NCBI RefSeq assembly: GCF_026571515.1 | Contig: NW_026861919.1 | Location: forward strand, 62,001-126,000 | Direction of reading: 5' to 3' | DNA: 64,000 bases | DNA from: Ruditapes philippinarum | Lineage: Eukaryota | Shown here: piece by piece, positions 1 to 12,995 of the stretch | How the letters are laid out: each line of letters begins with the position of its first letter | Position numbering within the stretch: the stretch's first letter is position 1 | The notes under the pieces: model-generated | Databases searched by the model: none | Told to the model about the DNA's origin: nothing | What the model saw: only the letters and a program-made list of their open reading frames with translations | Program-made: the position numbers and the translations under genes

Positions 1-903
1 CTGTTAACCAAAGCTTATAAAACAATGGTAAAAATTGAATAATAGTTTTGTTTATACTTTACTAATTTAAAGTATTTTTCTGAAATGACATTTTAAGTAA
101 CTGACATAGTATATAATATATAAACTTTATGTTTAATAAATAACGTTTTATTACTGACTAATTTACGACCAATGACATAAAGGAACAATTATATGTTCTA
201 TATTTTCGGTAGTTACGTAATGACCTTTTCATATAGCATGGCTTAAATTAATCTATCATCAACATCGCTTTCAAAACATTTATTAAAATGGTAAATTTAT
301 GAATAAATTATTAATTACTTAACTTAATTATTGATATAAAATTTCCATTGTGTCATAATCGTTATGCTAGAATTATACATTTCATTTATTTTGTTAAAAC
401 GATATTATGTTCATTTTTCACTATTAGTGTTTGAAAAATTGACTTTATAATGATAATGGATCAATAATTGATAATGACGTATAACTCAACCAAAACATTC
501 TATTTAATAGGACTCAATAGTAATTTCACAAATGACGTTTTTCCATTTTGCTTTAAAACTGTTCATGGCCTTTATCGTTTAGTCAGTAAGATCGAGCATT
601 TGTAAGTTGAGTTAAGCATAATGATATTATTGGTCTACAAATTGTAAATTGGTTCATGCTATACTTATAAAAAAGTCATTAACGGTATAAACGGTAGGAA
701 TAGTTCCACGGGACGTATGGCTTTACTGCTAAAACTTTTATTAAGATATATTAGCTGAGCATTGTTTCTTACAACTAAAATGAAAAGGAAATCTTTTGAA
801 TAAGTTCAGATTTTAATATCTTGTACATTGTAAAATTTTAATTGCTATATTATTTCACTTGCGTCTTGTCATACATACTTCTATGATTGCAAATCATAAG
901 AAA

Positions 904-2667
904 CCCTCAAACACTGACAATCAACAGACCTTAGAAATTATTTATATATCTCCTTCTGAAATTGAGGATGTACTGAAATCTTTAAACACCGATAAAGCAT
1001 CTGGACCTGACACTATCAGTTATCGAGTTTTATATGAGGCCTACCAACAACTTTCTTATCCCTTTCACCAGCTCTTCAACTTCTCACTAAGATCCAAGAA
1101 AATGCCGACATCCTGGAAGTTGTCAAATGTCTGTGCTGTATATAAAAAAGGTGATCCTGCTGTTTGTAAACAATTATAGACCTATATCTTTACTCAACAC
1201 TATTGAAAAAGTATATTGAACGAGTAGTCTTTAAACATATCTTTAACTTTTACAGAGACATTTCATTCTTCACTCCATCTCAGTCGGGATTCTTGCCAGG
1301 TGACTTTCAACTGTAAACCAACTTGCGTATCTTTACAATAATTTTTGCAAGGCTTTAGATGATGGCCTGGAGGTGAGGTCGTATTTTTTGATATCAGTAA
1401 AGCATTTGATAAAGTTTGGCACCAAGGTTTGTTAGTGAAACTTCATGAATCTGGAATTCGTGGAAATGTACATCAATGGCTTTCTGATTATTTAACAAAT
1501 CGTAGACAACAAGTTGTTCTTCCTGGTACCATGTCGGACTGTGTTACAATTGCATCTGGAGTCCCCCAAGGATCAATACTTGGGCCTCCTCTATTTCTTG
1601 TTTATATCAACGATATTGTTCAAGATATTGGTTCCAACATCAATCTTTTTGCAGATGACACTAGTCTCCATCTGATAGTTGAAACACCTACAGAAACACA
1701 TGATACCATGCAAAATGACATACAAAAAATTTGTCTTTGGGCAGATAAATGGCTTGTTCATTTTAATCCATCCAAATCCGAGTCAATGATTATATCAAGA
1801 AGAATTAATAAACCACATCACACACCTTTCACCAATGGCCAACAAATCCCCCAGGTTTCTGATCACAAACATCTAGGAGTGTTTTTTTCTGATGATGGCT
1901 CTTGGCATTCCCATATCAATTATATAAAAGAAAAGGCATGGAATAGAATAAACATAATGCGTAAACTTAAATTCAAACTAGACCGCAGGGCTTTAGAAAT
2001 CATATATACATCCTTCATTCGTCCTATTATTGAATATGCTGATATAATATGGGACAATTGTACATCCTACGAAAAACAAGAATTAGACAAAATTCAAAAT
2101 GAAGCAGCACGTATTGTGACGGGTGCAACAAAGCTGATATCGTTAGCTGATTTATACAATGATGTAAATTGGGAATCACTTTCTGACAGAAGAAGGAAGC
2201 ATAAGCTTATTCAACTTTATAAAATGAAAAATTGTCTCACTCCATCCTATCTATCGTCTATTGTACCAGATCTTGTTGGTCTGAACACTACATATAACTT
2301 ACGTAATTCTCAAAATATCGATACAATTCGTACAAGAACAACTCTATACTATAATTCCTTTCTACCAACGGCACTTCGTGAATGGAATTCCTTACCAATT
2401 GAAACCCGTCAGCTACAGTCATTGAATTCTTTCAAAAGCTCTTTGAACGTAGACAAAATTAAAACTCCCCGACACTTCTATTATGGAGATAGACGGTCAC
2501 AAATTCTTCATACAAGACTTAGAACGAAATGCAGCTCTCTTAACCACCATCTGTTCTTAAAAAATATAGTATCATCTCCATTATGTAGTTGTGGCCTAAT
2601 TGAAGACAACCACCGTTTTTTCTTTATTTGCAAGAATTACACACAAATAAGAAATGCACTTTTTTAA
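904..2667 (+). pseudogene. LINE ORF2 remnant (reverse transcriptase), frameshifted, endonuclease missing
   Basis: ORFs 859-1179 and 1429-2667 are pieces of one RT reading frame broken by frameshifts between about 1170 and 1380. Confidence 0.9.
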
Positions 2668-3313
2668 ACATTGACTCAAATATGTCCCATTGATCTTCGA
2701 ACCCTTCTATATGGAGATCCGTCAAATGATTATCAAACAAACACATGGATATTAGATGCAGTATTTGAATTTATAAATAGCAGCGGACGTTTCCACTAGA
2801 TGTATTTTTATACTGCCAACATTTAAAATACTGCTATATCTCCAATTTGACCTTTGTTCGTTAGTCTGGTCTTTCCAATATTTTTTCTCTTCTTTTAATA
2901 TATATATAATATACATATAATATTTTTCTGGTTAGCTTGAACAAGTTTTTTTTTTCTAGACTCTTGCTAAATGTGCTTTAAGCGCCAGTTTAAATGTAAA
3001 AATACTTATTTTTGTCTGTTTTTCTTTTGCTTAGTACTTATCTGAAAATTGTCTTATTTAGTTGCATTTCTAATTTCTTTTTATTTATTTTTTTTTTCAT
3101 TTTATGTTTAAACTTAATCTTGCAATATTCTTACTTAATAATTTAAATGAAATAACTATCCTGCCATATATGTTTGTGTAAATATCATTTGTTATCTAGG
3201 GAGAGGAACTATATAAGTTTTCTTTCGTTCTAATCCCTTTCAATTTATGTAACAATTATATATATATATAAAATGTAATCTATGTAAAATATTGAAATAA
3301 ATATGTTGAAACT
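904..3313 (+). mobile_element. 5'-truncated CR1-group LINE (non-LTR retrotransposon)
   Basis: RT motifs KASGPD, YRPISLL, FDISKAFDKVWH, GVPQGSILGP and LFADD, plus C-terminal CSCG..ED.H.FF.C. AT-rich 3' UTR ends AATAAATATGTTGAAACT. 13-bp TSD AAATCATAAGAAA at 891-903 and 3314-3326. Confidence 0.92.
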
Positions 3314-3982
3314 AAATCATAAGAAATTTTTATTAAACATGTAAAAAGAGTCAGTTTCAATTATATCTGATGTAAATTAAATGCATGGGTTTGATTATAT
3401 AAAATTTAATATAAAAATAAACTCAATGTCGATAAGAAAGAAGAGATACATAATTTTACTTAATATTAATGATGATGATGATAATAATACTACTTAACAG
3501 TAGCATAATATTCCTTAAACAAGGCATAAAACGCTTTTATTTCAACAAAAGGTGAATAGAGATATAGGTTGCGCATAAAGTTCTCTGTACATGCGCTAAA
3601 CATTTTGTGAATTCTCTTTTTCTGAAATTAATGAAGTATCAGTCTTCATAATTATTAATAAAATGTAATTTGCTGTCAGTAACATAGTTTTTAATATATA
3701 TTGATCTTTCATCTTGTCATGTAATGAAACATTTTACATAAAAGTGAAAAGCTATGATATAGAGGTATGCACGCAATCTATAATTATAGGAAGTCAACAA
3801 ATGAGCTAATGAATTATTATGTGACATACACTAAAACCCAGGGGACTGTCCGTCTTCAGTCGCGTTTAGACTTATTTGAAATATAACAAGATAAATCAGT
3901 CAAAGTGTCGAATATGTCCAATATTGTAAACGACCAATTTATTTTTATTTACGGTGATTTATACAAATTAAAAGTCATTCAG

Positions 3983-4120
3983 NNNNNNNNNNNNNNNNNN
4001 NNNNNNNNNNNNNNNNNNNNNNNNNNNNNNNNNNNNNNNNNNNNNNNNNNNNNNNNNNNNNNNNNNNNNNNNNNNNNNNNNNNNNNNNNNNNNNNNNNNN
4101 NNNNNNNNNNNNNNNNNNNN
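3983..4120. other. Assembly gap (N run)
   Basis: 138 N bases. Confidence 1.
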
Positions 4121-4803
4121 ACAACTTAGAATAATGCTGGTTCTAATCGTTTGAGAATTTATTACATTATAATTTTTACCAATCATTCATAAAAATATTG
4201 TAAAAAAATGTAAATGGCGTCTTTATTTCTAAATTTATGTTAAATTTAATGAAACGGTCATTTTAAGGTGATAATGCGGTAAAAAGTCAATTGGTATTAA
4301 ACTGTTGTATAATTATTATTACATTGAAATACAACAATACTTCATAAAAGAAATTGATCAAATGTAATTTATCATAATACCACTAATATCTTAACTGACC
4401 GGATATCTTTTAAGTTATCGTGAATTTACATATTAACATTTCACCTGGGTGCTACCGGACGATTTTTTAAATAAAACAAGGCAGAACTTAAACATTGTAA
4501 TTATTTATATCTGAAATAAATCTACCTCCGAGAGATTGGCGCAATCTATTGACCACAACTAAAACCAGTATACCGGTATCTGAAATATAGCATCAAAACC
4601 ATCATGCCATTTTATATTAGATTTGGTAACGAAAGATAAATGTATTTTTGTCGTAGCTGACATATCTTGAAAATTTATTTCCCCAGTCAGAAAAATGTTT
4701 ATCTCCATGTTCGCCTTTTCTTACATGCTCAATCTCCTAAAATCTGACAAAACAAAAAAAGAAGTTATGTATGTCTCTCAAGCAGGTTACAAAATTCTGT
4801 TTC

Positions 4804-4978
4804 AGTAAACTCCATGCTTAATTACATTACAGATAGATTAAATGACAGCTTTTCCCAAAGTCGGAAATGAAATGAAGGTATTAATCTAATTCCTATTGAA
4901 CACTTAATTCTGATTAAGCTATATCTGCGTCTGTAAAACACATTATTCACTATATCAGGACATGGTATTAAATTCATT
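4804..4978 (+). repeat. Dispersed duplicated non-coding module A, copy 1 (copy 2 at 10470-10642)
   Basis: AGTAAACTCYATGCTTAATTACATTACAGA...GCTATATCTGCGT aligns colinearly with 10470-10600 and contains several TAAT/ATTA and TGACAG motifs. Confidence 0.85.
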
Positions 4979-5785
4979 GCTATTTCAAGGGACTACTAAA
5001 AATGAGGTTCTTCAAAGATGAATGTGTCAGTGAAGGGAACTAAATCAGATTTTGATTATTCAACAGAAGCGTGATATTACTTCTTGGATAGTTTCATCAG
5101 TTTTACTGAAAAATGTGTTTATATGATGTGAATAAACCAATATTCAAATAAAATTGATTATTTTAATTTATTCTTACTCTAAATATAGGCGGTGCCATGC
5201 CGTGAAAAAGTAAATATTCTAGTATTATGTTGCAATTTTGTAACCCATATTACATGTGATGACGATGTTTGATTTTAGCTCCAATTGAGATTTAAAAAAA
5301 ACCCTGACATTTGATATACACCGTTGTAAGCAATATTATTATATGATCTAAATATAGCTGCAATCTCATTGGTCCAAACAGTAGTCAACAGAACTTTTTA
5401 TAAAATCATATTCACTGGGTGTAGTATCATATTAACTGGCTGAATTGGATTTTCCCAGTCTAAAAATAGATTGCGACTCGTATTCAATGATCCTACACCG
5501 TAGACTGTGTAATTACACGTGTTAATTGAAAAATAATTGTTGCTTTTTGTTCTTTTTGGCATATTTCTCGATTAAAATATCATTACTTTACTATTATGCT
5601 CAAAGACTACACCGTAATGATGAGTATAAACTTGAATTATTTTTGTATGCGCAGCGTTGCGTAGTCGTTGCACGCCTAACACGTGCGTGTTTTTTCCCAC
5701 GCTTCAACAAGGCAAAATTTGTACATGTATATAAGGTTGCACTTTTTGTGATTTTTTTTATTCCTTAGCCTATTCATATAATAAA

Positions 5786-5928
5786 ACAATTATTGACTAG
5801 TGAGCCATTGAATATGATGTGATATTCACCGGCAGAAAGTCATATTGACCTCGGCTATCGCCTCGGTCAATATGTCATCTGCCGGTGAATATCACATCAT
5901 ATTCAATGGCTCACTAGTCAATAATTGT
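5786..5928. repeat. Long near-perfect palindrome, probably the end of a non-autonomous DNA element (Crypton-like; element may span about 5337-5934)
   Basis: Inverted arms of about 60 bp, ACAATTATTGACTAGTGAGCCATTGAATATG.../...CATATTCAATGGCTCACTAGTCAATAATTGT, around the core CCTCGGCTATCGCCTCGG. Family assignment is inference. Confidence 0.75.
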
Positions 5929-8852
5929 ATAATATATCACAGAACAATTACTAAAATATACAGTATCAAGATGAGTATAAATATGGAAAACAAAACTTTT
6001 TGAAAATAAACAAAAAAAAGCTAATATACATGCATATAAAATATCTTAAGTAATCTGTGTTACATTTATGATTAAGGAAAACATTCTATTTTTTTTATTA
6101 AATTGTGGCTTATGTTTGCGGTTTGCTACGGTTATTTGTACACTGTATTATATGTCTTATCACCATAAACTTAGTCCTGATACATTACACGAGCAATAAT
6201 TAACGTTAAGATAAGAAAATGGTGTACAATTATTGATATTTCCAGGTAAATACACCGGCAAATACACCGGCACTTGTAATTAATACTCTCAAAATGAGCT
6301 GCTACATCGTGTACTTAACGGAAATCAATTTATCAACAAGTTTTGTAAAAATTGGATGCCAAAACCAATAATGCGAAATGACATGCACAACATCTCGCAT
6401 TGATACTTTACCATGTCTATAAAAAGCAATGAAAGTATTTTCTAAAAAAAAAATGTAAGAACTATGTATTTTTTTTTTTCTTTTTTTGCATTGACAAATG
6501 TCACATCAGAAATGTAGGCATCTATTTCGTTGACAATCTAGCATACATGTACATAATACAGGCATAAGTATCTATAACATTTATTCGAAAGTTCACTTGT
6601 GGATGATTAAAAGCGATAAAAAATGACCAAAATTGAGTTTGGAAAAAAACATATCAGTGGCGAATATAATACTGTAATAATAAACTTATTTATTCCGTAA
6701 GTTAAAATTAAAGAAACTATATATTTCCTCAAAATGTATAGTTTTACCACATTTATAGTTCTAAAGGTAAAATGAATATTTGATTTAAGTATTATCATGT
6801 TTAAGTCAGAAAAATAATAATTTGACGACAAAAACAAGTAGTTTTCACTATTTAAAACAGTATTGTTCATTTTCATTAAAGCATCTATGATTCTTTTCCA
6901 TTTTTCTTGCTATTGTAAAACAAATTGGAGTCCAAAACAAATTTTTCCAAGGGCGTTTGAATTATGCAAAGTAATTTTGTTTTTTAATTGACAATTTTTA
7001 TTTTTATATTACAAATACTTCTAAAAGGGTTTGCGTTATCTACGTAACTTATTGACCCAATTCTCGTGACACATATAACAATTTGTCTTGAAATAGTTCT
7101 CATTTGCTGCCTGAAAGGAACATAACTCAAACCCCGGATCCTAACTGGGCTATACCCTGGTCGCTTACAAATCTTCTCCAATATAAGTAAACAGTTCTAT
7201 ATTGGTACACATATTAATGTGTTAACTATTTTCTTTAGCAAGAGTTTAATTCCGTTTAAGTATCTTCTAATTTCTTAATTCTTCTAAATATTCTAAAAAT
7301 AGAAAATGCTACATTTAGATAAAATCAGTTACCTCAGTATGTCTATTATCAATCGAGGAAATTAGAATGTAATTAGAGAGTATCCTTTGTTGTTAAACTG
7401 TACTTAATTACCTGATAAACGACTGCATTTTTTCTGTTGTATTGTTTGAAAGGTTATTGCCCAGATTAATATGAGCTCATTATCTCTTCTCCATTCACTT
7501 AAGTGTTCACGAGTAACGTTTAATTTTGAGTTGATATCATTCAGTATTATTATATTTATTTATTTTTATTTTGTAACACGATTTGTACACCTTAAATTAT
7601 GACACATTATATAAAAACAGCACGAGGGCATAGAAAATATACCATGCTCTAATATTCAGATGTTAAACTTTGATTTGCCTGGATTCGTGTATTCAATATT
7701 GTTGTTCTCACAATGTCTTTATCTCAACTTAATCTAATTGATTTAATAACAGTCTATTTTCAACGATCTGAAATTGGTAAACATTTTAATATTCAATTAA
7801 TTGTTACGAAGGGCCCAATCCGGTCCATTTAGAAAAACGTAATTAAGAAACCCTTCCACAATGTTGAACGATATCTGTTCTTCCTGTAACATGATTCGTA
7901 CGATGACGTTTTCACCAGTCGATTAGACATGTAATTGACAGCGCATGTCCATTTGTTTATACAAGAAAACAATACCACTGTGACGTTTAATTACGCAGAG
8001 ACATTTCACTTGGACTTCAGTGGAACGTTTCAACAGTGTTATTACTTCGTTCTCTCAGCGCTTTGACATTTATTCCCCTCCTTACACTAATCAGACTTTA
8101 TTTTAAGAATAATTCGTGACAGAGAGACATGGATGAAAGTTTGAAAAATGTTTTGTTGAAATAAAAGAAACAAATTTAGATAACAAATATATACATGTAG
8201 TTCTAAAGACGTTATCAGATATCAATTAATTAAAATGTCTGATTTTTTAGAGTGGATTTTTATTTAAATAAAAAAAAAAACAACAATCTATGCATAGGAC
8301 ATGAGTACATTTATTTTCCACATTTATTTCCGAAAAGCTGCTTGAAGCTAGATATTAGTCCGCTAACTACACTTTTATAATTTACCGCAATTTAAAAGTG
8401 TGTGTCAGTTGCGTTTGGTCTAAAAGCGAATGGCGTATCCTCAAAATAATTGCTAAAGGATTAAAAAAACAACAACTTAAAATAGTAATCCGGACAATTT
8501 GTATTCTGATTACGTCCTAAATTCATGTGTGTCAACATGTAGAGATATAATTATCCTTAGTGAAAGAAATATTATGGAAACAACATATCTTTATTGTTTG
8601 CAACTTGTATAGATTAAAACAAAACGATCTAATAGAGCATCGAAACACGAGGCTATATGATTTGTACGAGGGGGGGGGGGGGGCATGTATGGGTATATGA
8701 TTTAACTCTGACACGTTTTCAATCGAAAAGTCTCCAAACTATGATACAATTATACGATATAGCTTTATACCCTTTACGTAATTGACTATGAAGGATACGA
8801 TTAGTTTTTGACAGTATACAAGTACGCTGTTTTCTTCTGTACATATATATTA

Positions 8853-8965
8853 CCCATGGGACACCGGCTTCACTGCCAAGTTATTATTGATATTACATTA
8901 ACGGATCTTAGTTTCTGATTATGCAAATTGAATATGATAGGAGCACGTCTAAAGACGTGGCAACT
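8853..8965 (+). repeat. Dispersed duplicated non-coding module B, copy 1 (others at 15537-15700 and about 16575-16700)
   Basis: GCTTCACTGCCAAGTTATTATTGATA(T/G)TACATTA...ATTATGCAAA is shared with 15551-15615. Confidence 0.75.
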
Positions 8966-10469
8966 CATGAATAAACTATCTCCTTGTCGACTAAATATTC
9001 ATTTATATAGTTGCCCTGGTGGTATATATTATGGCTAAATGAAATATATATATCGATGAAGTGCAATATATATAAATTTATGGTTATGTATTGTTCAGTA
9101 TTTTATAAAATATGCTTAAAAAGTGAAATTAACGATGTATTCGATTGCAGAAAATTGATATACTTGTAAATGTGTACAATGTTTATAAGCAAACTTGTTT
9201 ATGTTAATCATTTGGTCATAATGTGTTTAAAATTGTTATTGATTTAGTCATAAAATAATGTGTTTCATCATTAGCGAATATTTAGTGCGTTTAATAAAGC
9301 TTACGATACTAAATCTGCGAATCAGCTTTCTAAGGATATAAATGAGAAAAAATGTAAACTAAAAAAGCACGATAAAATAGATCTATATTTTGAGAACAAT
9401 TATCATTAACCTCATTTTATGGAATTTTCCTTAAAAAATTATCACTAAAATACTTAAACTTGTTCAAAACTTACTTTTATTGTTGTCAATTATTGTGACA
9501 ACATTGTTTGTGAATGTTTGTCTACGAAACATTAAATAAGTTGGAGACAATAAATAATTTATTACATATGGTATAGTTTTATCTCAGGGTTGGTGAAATT
9601 TAAATCACCGGAAGTAGTTGATACCTTGCAGCAAAAAACCTAGCTAGCTGCCATGTAATTAGAATATATAATATATAGAAAAACGGGATAAATGTTTAAT
9701 TTCTCAGTAGAATAACGATTATGTGTTAATACCGGTACCGCAGTAGGAGTTACAAGGAGCAAGACCCGATGATTCTAAAATTTCGGAAAATGCTTGTTAA
9801 ATTACATTGATTGATACATTTAGATGTAGAAGAATATTAGATATCCACGTAGATAATCTTTAAAAAATCTCTAATAATTATATCATCTTCAAGAAAACTG
9901 ATACAAATCTTTTCCATATTGGTGCTATTAATAATAATATTTGATTTAAAATACCCTATCATATCAGGGAAATCGTTACCAGTTTAGCGTTTCACTTAAA
10001 AGCGCGTATACGCTCCCGGTCACATATTATTTTAAATCATCTTAAATCCTGTTAGTTCGCGAATACAAAACTACAATACTTTGATTGCTCCTATTTTGTA
10101 GACGGGGATAAGTTTGATGATTTATTCTACATGTCCATGTAAGATTACTTACAATATTGCTCACCATCAAAGGAAATAAAATACTAACAATGCTATTGAA
10201 TTAGTTCTTAGGGTTTTTTTTTCACAACGCGTTATTAATCAAGTGACAGTATACATGTTTAATGCATATACATATTTTACTGCTATGGTAAACCAATCTT
10301 ATAAGCACAAAAATGCGCTGATTTTGTTTGACTATGTTTGAAATTAAATAAAAATTCAACCATAATACATGTACAAAACATTTTTCTCAACTTTAAAAGA
10401 TGAGCACGTAATTATTATTATGAACTCTTCGATTTCATTTCACCATAAAAACTTCAGAATTCCATATTT

Positions 10470-10642
10470 AGTAAACTCTATGCTTAATTACATTACAGAC
10501 AGATTGAATGACAGCTTTTGGCAAAGTCGGAAATGAAATGAATGTATTAATCTAATTCATATTACGCATGTAATTCTGATTCAGCTATATCTGCGTTTGA
10601 AAATAAACCATTCAATTTATAAGGGCATTAAAGTAAATTCAT
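10470..10642 (+). repeat. Duplicated non-coding module A, copy 2
   Basis: Colinear match to 4804-4978. Confidence 0.85.
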
Positions 10643-11080
10643 GGGCTTAGTGCATATTAAAATTATTCTGCTATTTCCATAGGATAGCTGATAAACACTT
10701 CCCACGCGTATGAAAAATAATCATAAATAACTAAAATATAGTTTATTTGTTTTCATTAAAGAAGAATTAACTATTCACTATTAACTATTCAATTTTAAAT
10801 ATATTTGCACGAAATAGATAATCAAGTTAAATATTAAGTATTCTAATAATAACTGCTGTTTATAATTTAAAGATATCGGTAGGAGTTTTTCTATATGATA
10901 TTAAACGTGAAGAGCTGATGACTTTAAATTTTATTGGTTTATACAGAAGTAATTTTACTTCAATTATGTAGGTATCTAGTTACATATAGACACACTTTTG
11001 AATCCGTTCCTGGAACCAAACAGTACTGGGCAATGTGTAAACTTTCTTGCTTTAGAATACAACGGCTCGCTCCTGACTAG

Positions 11081-11813
11081 TGTTGTGCAGCCGAAAAATG
11101 ATAAAATTCATTTAAAAAAAAAAAGAATAAATATGCATGATGATTTTCTTTTAAACACAAATATTTATATATATAATCATTTTCTAAAAGGTCATATTTT
11201 TAAAACAAAATTTGTGAAATTTCAAATATGTTAAGTTACAAATTGTATGTGTTTCAATAACAGATGTCAAATTTAAAATTATGTAACTGGAAGATTAAAA
11301 TGCGGCTTTTCCTCTTTGTCCAATCAACTGTGCTAAAAGTTTTATAATGTATAGGTGATAAGGTCAATTAAGCTGTCTGTACTTATCATGTTGTTAAACC
11401 TTATGACTGATAAAATATCCAGGTGATGATTGTTGTTATAAATTCTATGTTGCTATGTTACATTATTTTGTATTGAAACCTGATTGGTCATTTTGTTATT
11501 TAAGACACAAAAAGGTTAAAATTCTATTGGTCAGTTAAAACGAAATCAATTTTAGAATTATTGTAAAGATATATGTAGAAAATTTAGAGTCAGTTAGATT
11601 TTGGATTTCCAAGTGATAACATTGTATTGTGGCTTTCCACAAAAAATAATCGTTACTGTTTTTAATATCAATTTGTTAACATCAGGATAACCTGTGTATA
11701 TGTTATATATTATCTGTGGTATTCCACTAAGAAAGAAACATTAAAATATAAAACGGAACATTGTGTTGAGATTCAATCCACCTTAAGTAGAACCCATAAT
11801 TCAGCGCATAACA
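11081..11813 (+). repeat. 5' LTR of the mini LTR element
   Basis: TGTTGTGC...GCATAACA. Contains two ATTGG (CCAAT) boxes, a TATA-like GATATAT, an Inr-like TCAGTT near 11590 and ATTAAA near 11740. Confidence 0.95.
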
Positions 11814-11894
11814 CGTGGCGGGAATCAGTGTCTTTCCCAACCTCTCAATTTAGCAAGCGAGACTACGAATTCAAATTCCCCAAGAAGAACAACA

Positions 11895-12779
11895 ATGAGT
11901 TTCACATATGGAATACCATTCAGAAGTGAAAAATCATGTGGACAATGTGGACTTTATCATAATAACAGACAGGAGAAGTGTTGTGCAAAAATGGCAAGAT
12001 GCAACAAATGTAATAGAATTGGACATTTTGCACGAGTTTGTCTACGTCCAGCAGTTAGGCAAAAGTCAAACCACTCAAAACTACGCGATCAGGAACGCAT
12101 GACAACTTTCATCAGACGCAAGACAGCTGAATACACATTTCCGTTTTACAATGAAGACGATGCCTACTTTAAGAAGAACCAAACAAACAATTCTGTAAGT
12201 AATGTTTCAACAGCAGAATTTCAGAAGTTGAAATCTTTGACCGATTCAATGACTAAAACTATTTACGGTTTAAAAGCAGAAAATACTGCCCTTGTTTTTA
12301 AAAATCAAAGACTTAAGGATTTTAATGAAAAACTACAGGATGAGGTTTCCATAAAGAAATTAGAAATAAGTCAACTTAAAGAAACATTTTTTCAAAACAA
12401 CAACTCGCTAAAGAAAAAAATTCGGACTGACTCTTCAAAACTAGAGATAATGGACAAACTTATATTAGAATTTAAGAAACTAAATGACGACTATGAACAA
12501 CTGAGATTGAAGCACAACCAGAAAGCCTATGAAATTATGATGATGGAATCAAGAAAAAACAATCAAATAGATGACTTGAAAGATGAAAACCACACCTTGA
12601 AAGATGAAATTGCCCAGTTGAAAGACAAAACTAAATATCTATGTCGAAAAAGAGGAAACAGAAATCAAGATCTTTCAAGTACATGCGAAACCGGGTTCCC
12701 ACATGAATGGAGAGGTCAATATCATCATGGAAGACAACAAGGACAGAGGGGACAATACAACAGAAATAGACGTCATTAA
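11895..12779 (+). CDS. 294-aa zinc-knuckle / coiled-coil protein encoded by the mini LTR element
   Basis: Intact ATG-TAA ORF. N-terminal CGQCGLYH...C and CNKCNRIGHFARVC (CX2CX4HX4C), heptad-rich K/E/L region at about aa 105-250, C-terminal RGQYHHGRQQGQRGQYNRNRRH. Confidence 0.85.
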   Translation: MSFTYGIPFRSEKSCGQCGLYHNNRQEKCCAKMARCNKCNRIGHFARVCLRPAVRQKSNHSKLRDQERMTTFIRRKTAEYTFPFYNEDDAYFKKNQTNNSVSNVSTAEFQKLKSLTDSMTKTIYGLKAENTALVFKNQRLKDFNEKLQDEVSIKKLEISQLKETFFQNNNSLKKKIRTDSSKLEIMDKLILEFKKLNDDYEQLRLKHNQKAYEIMMMESRKNNQIDDLKDENHTLKDEIAQLKDKTKYLCRKRGNRNQDLSSTCETGFPHEWRGQYHHGRQQGQRGQYNRNRRH

Positions 12780-12995
12780 AACTGTGTTGTTTACAATAAG
12801 ACAGTGATTAGGATATTTATTATTAGTGAATGGTACTTACGCTTTTCAGCAAAATCGGTGCTTTATATTCAAGTATATATTTCTGTAACTGAATATCTTA
12901 TGTAAACAGTATTCTGATTTAATGATATTTATTTTTGTTAAATAGTATTTATGCTTCATTTCACAGGAGTGAAATAGTCTTAAAGGAGGGAGAAG

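Noticed and set aside
3905-4186. ORFs spanning the N run
   Set aside because: Artefacts of the assembly gap.
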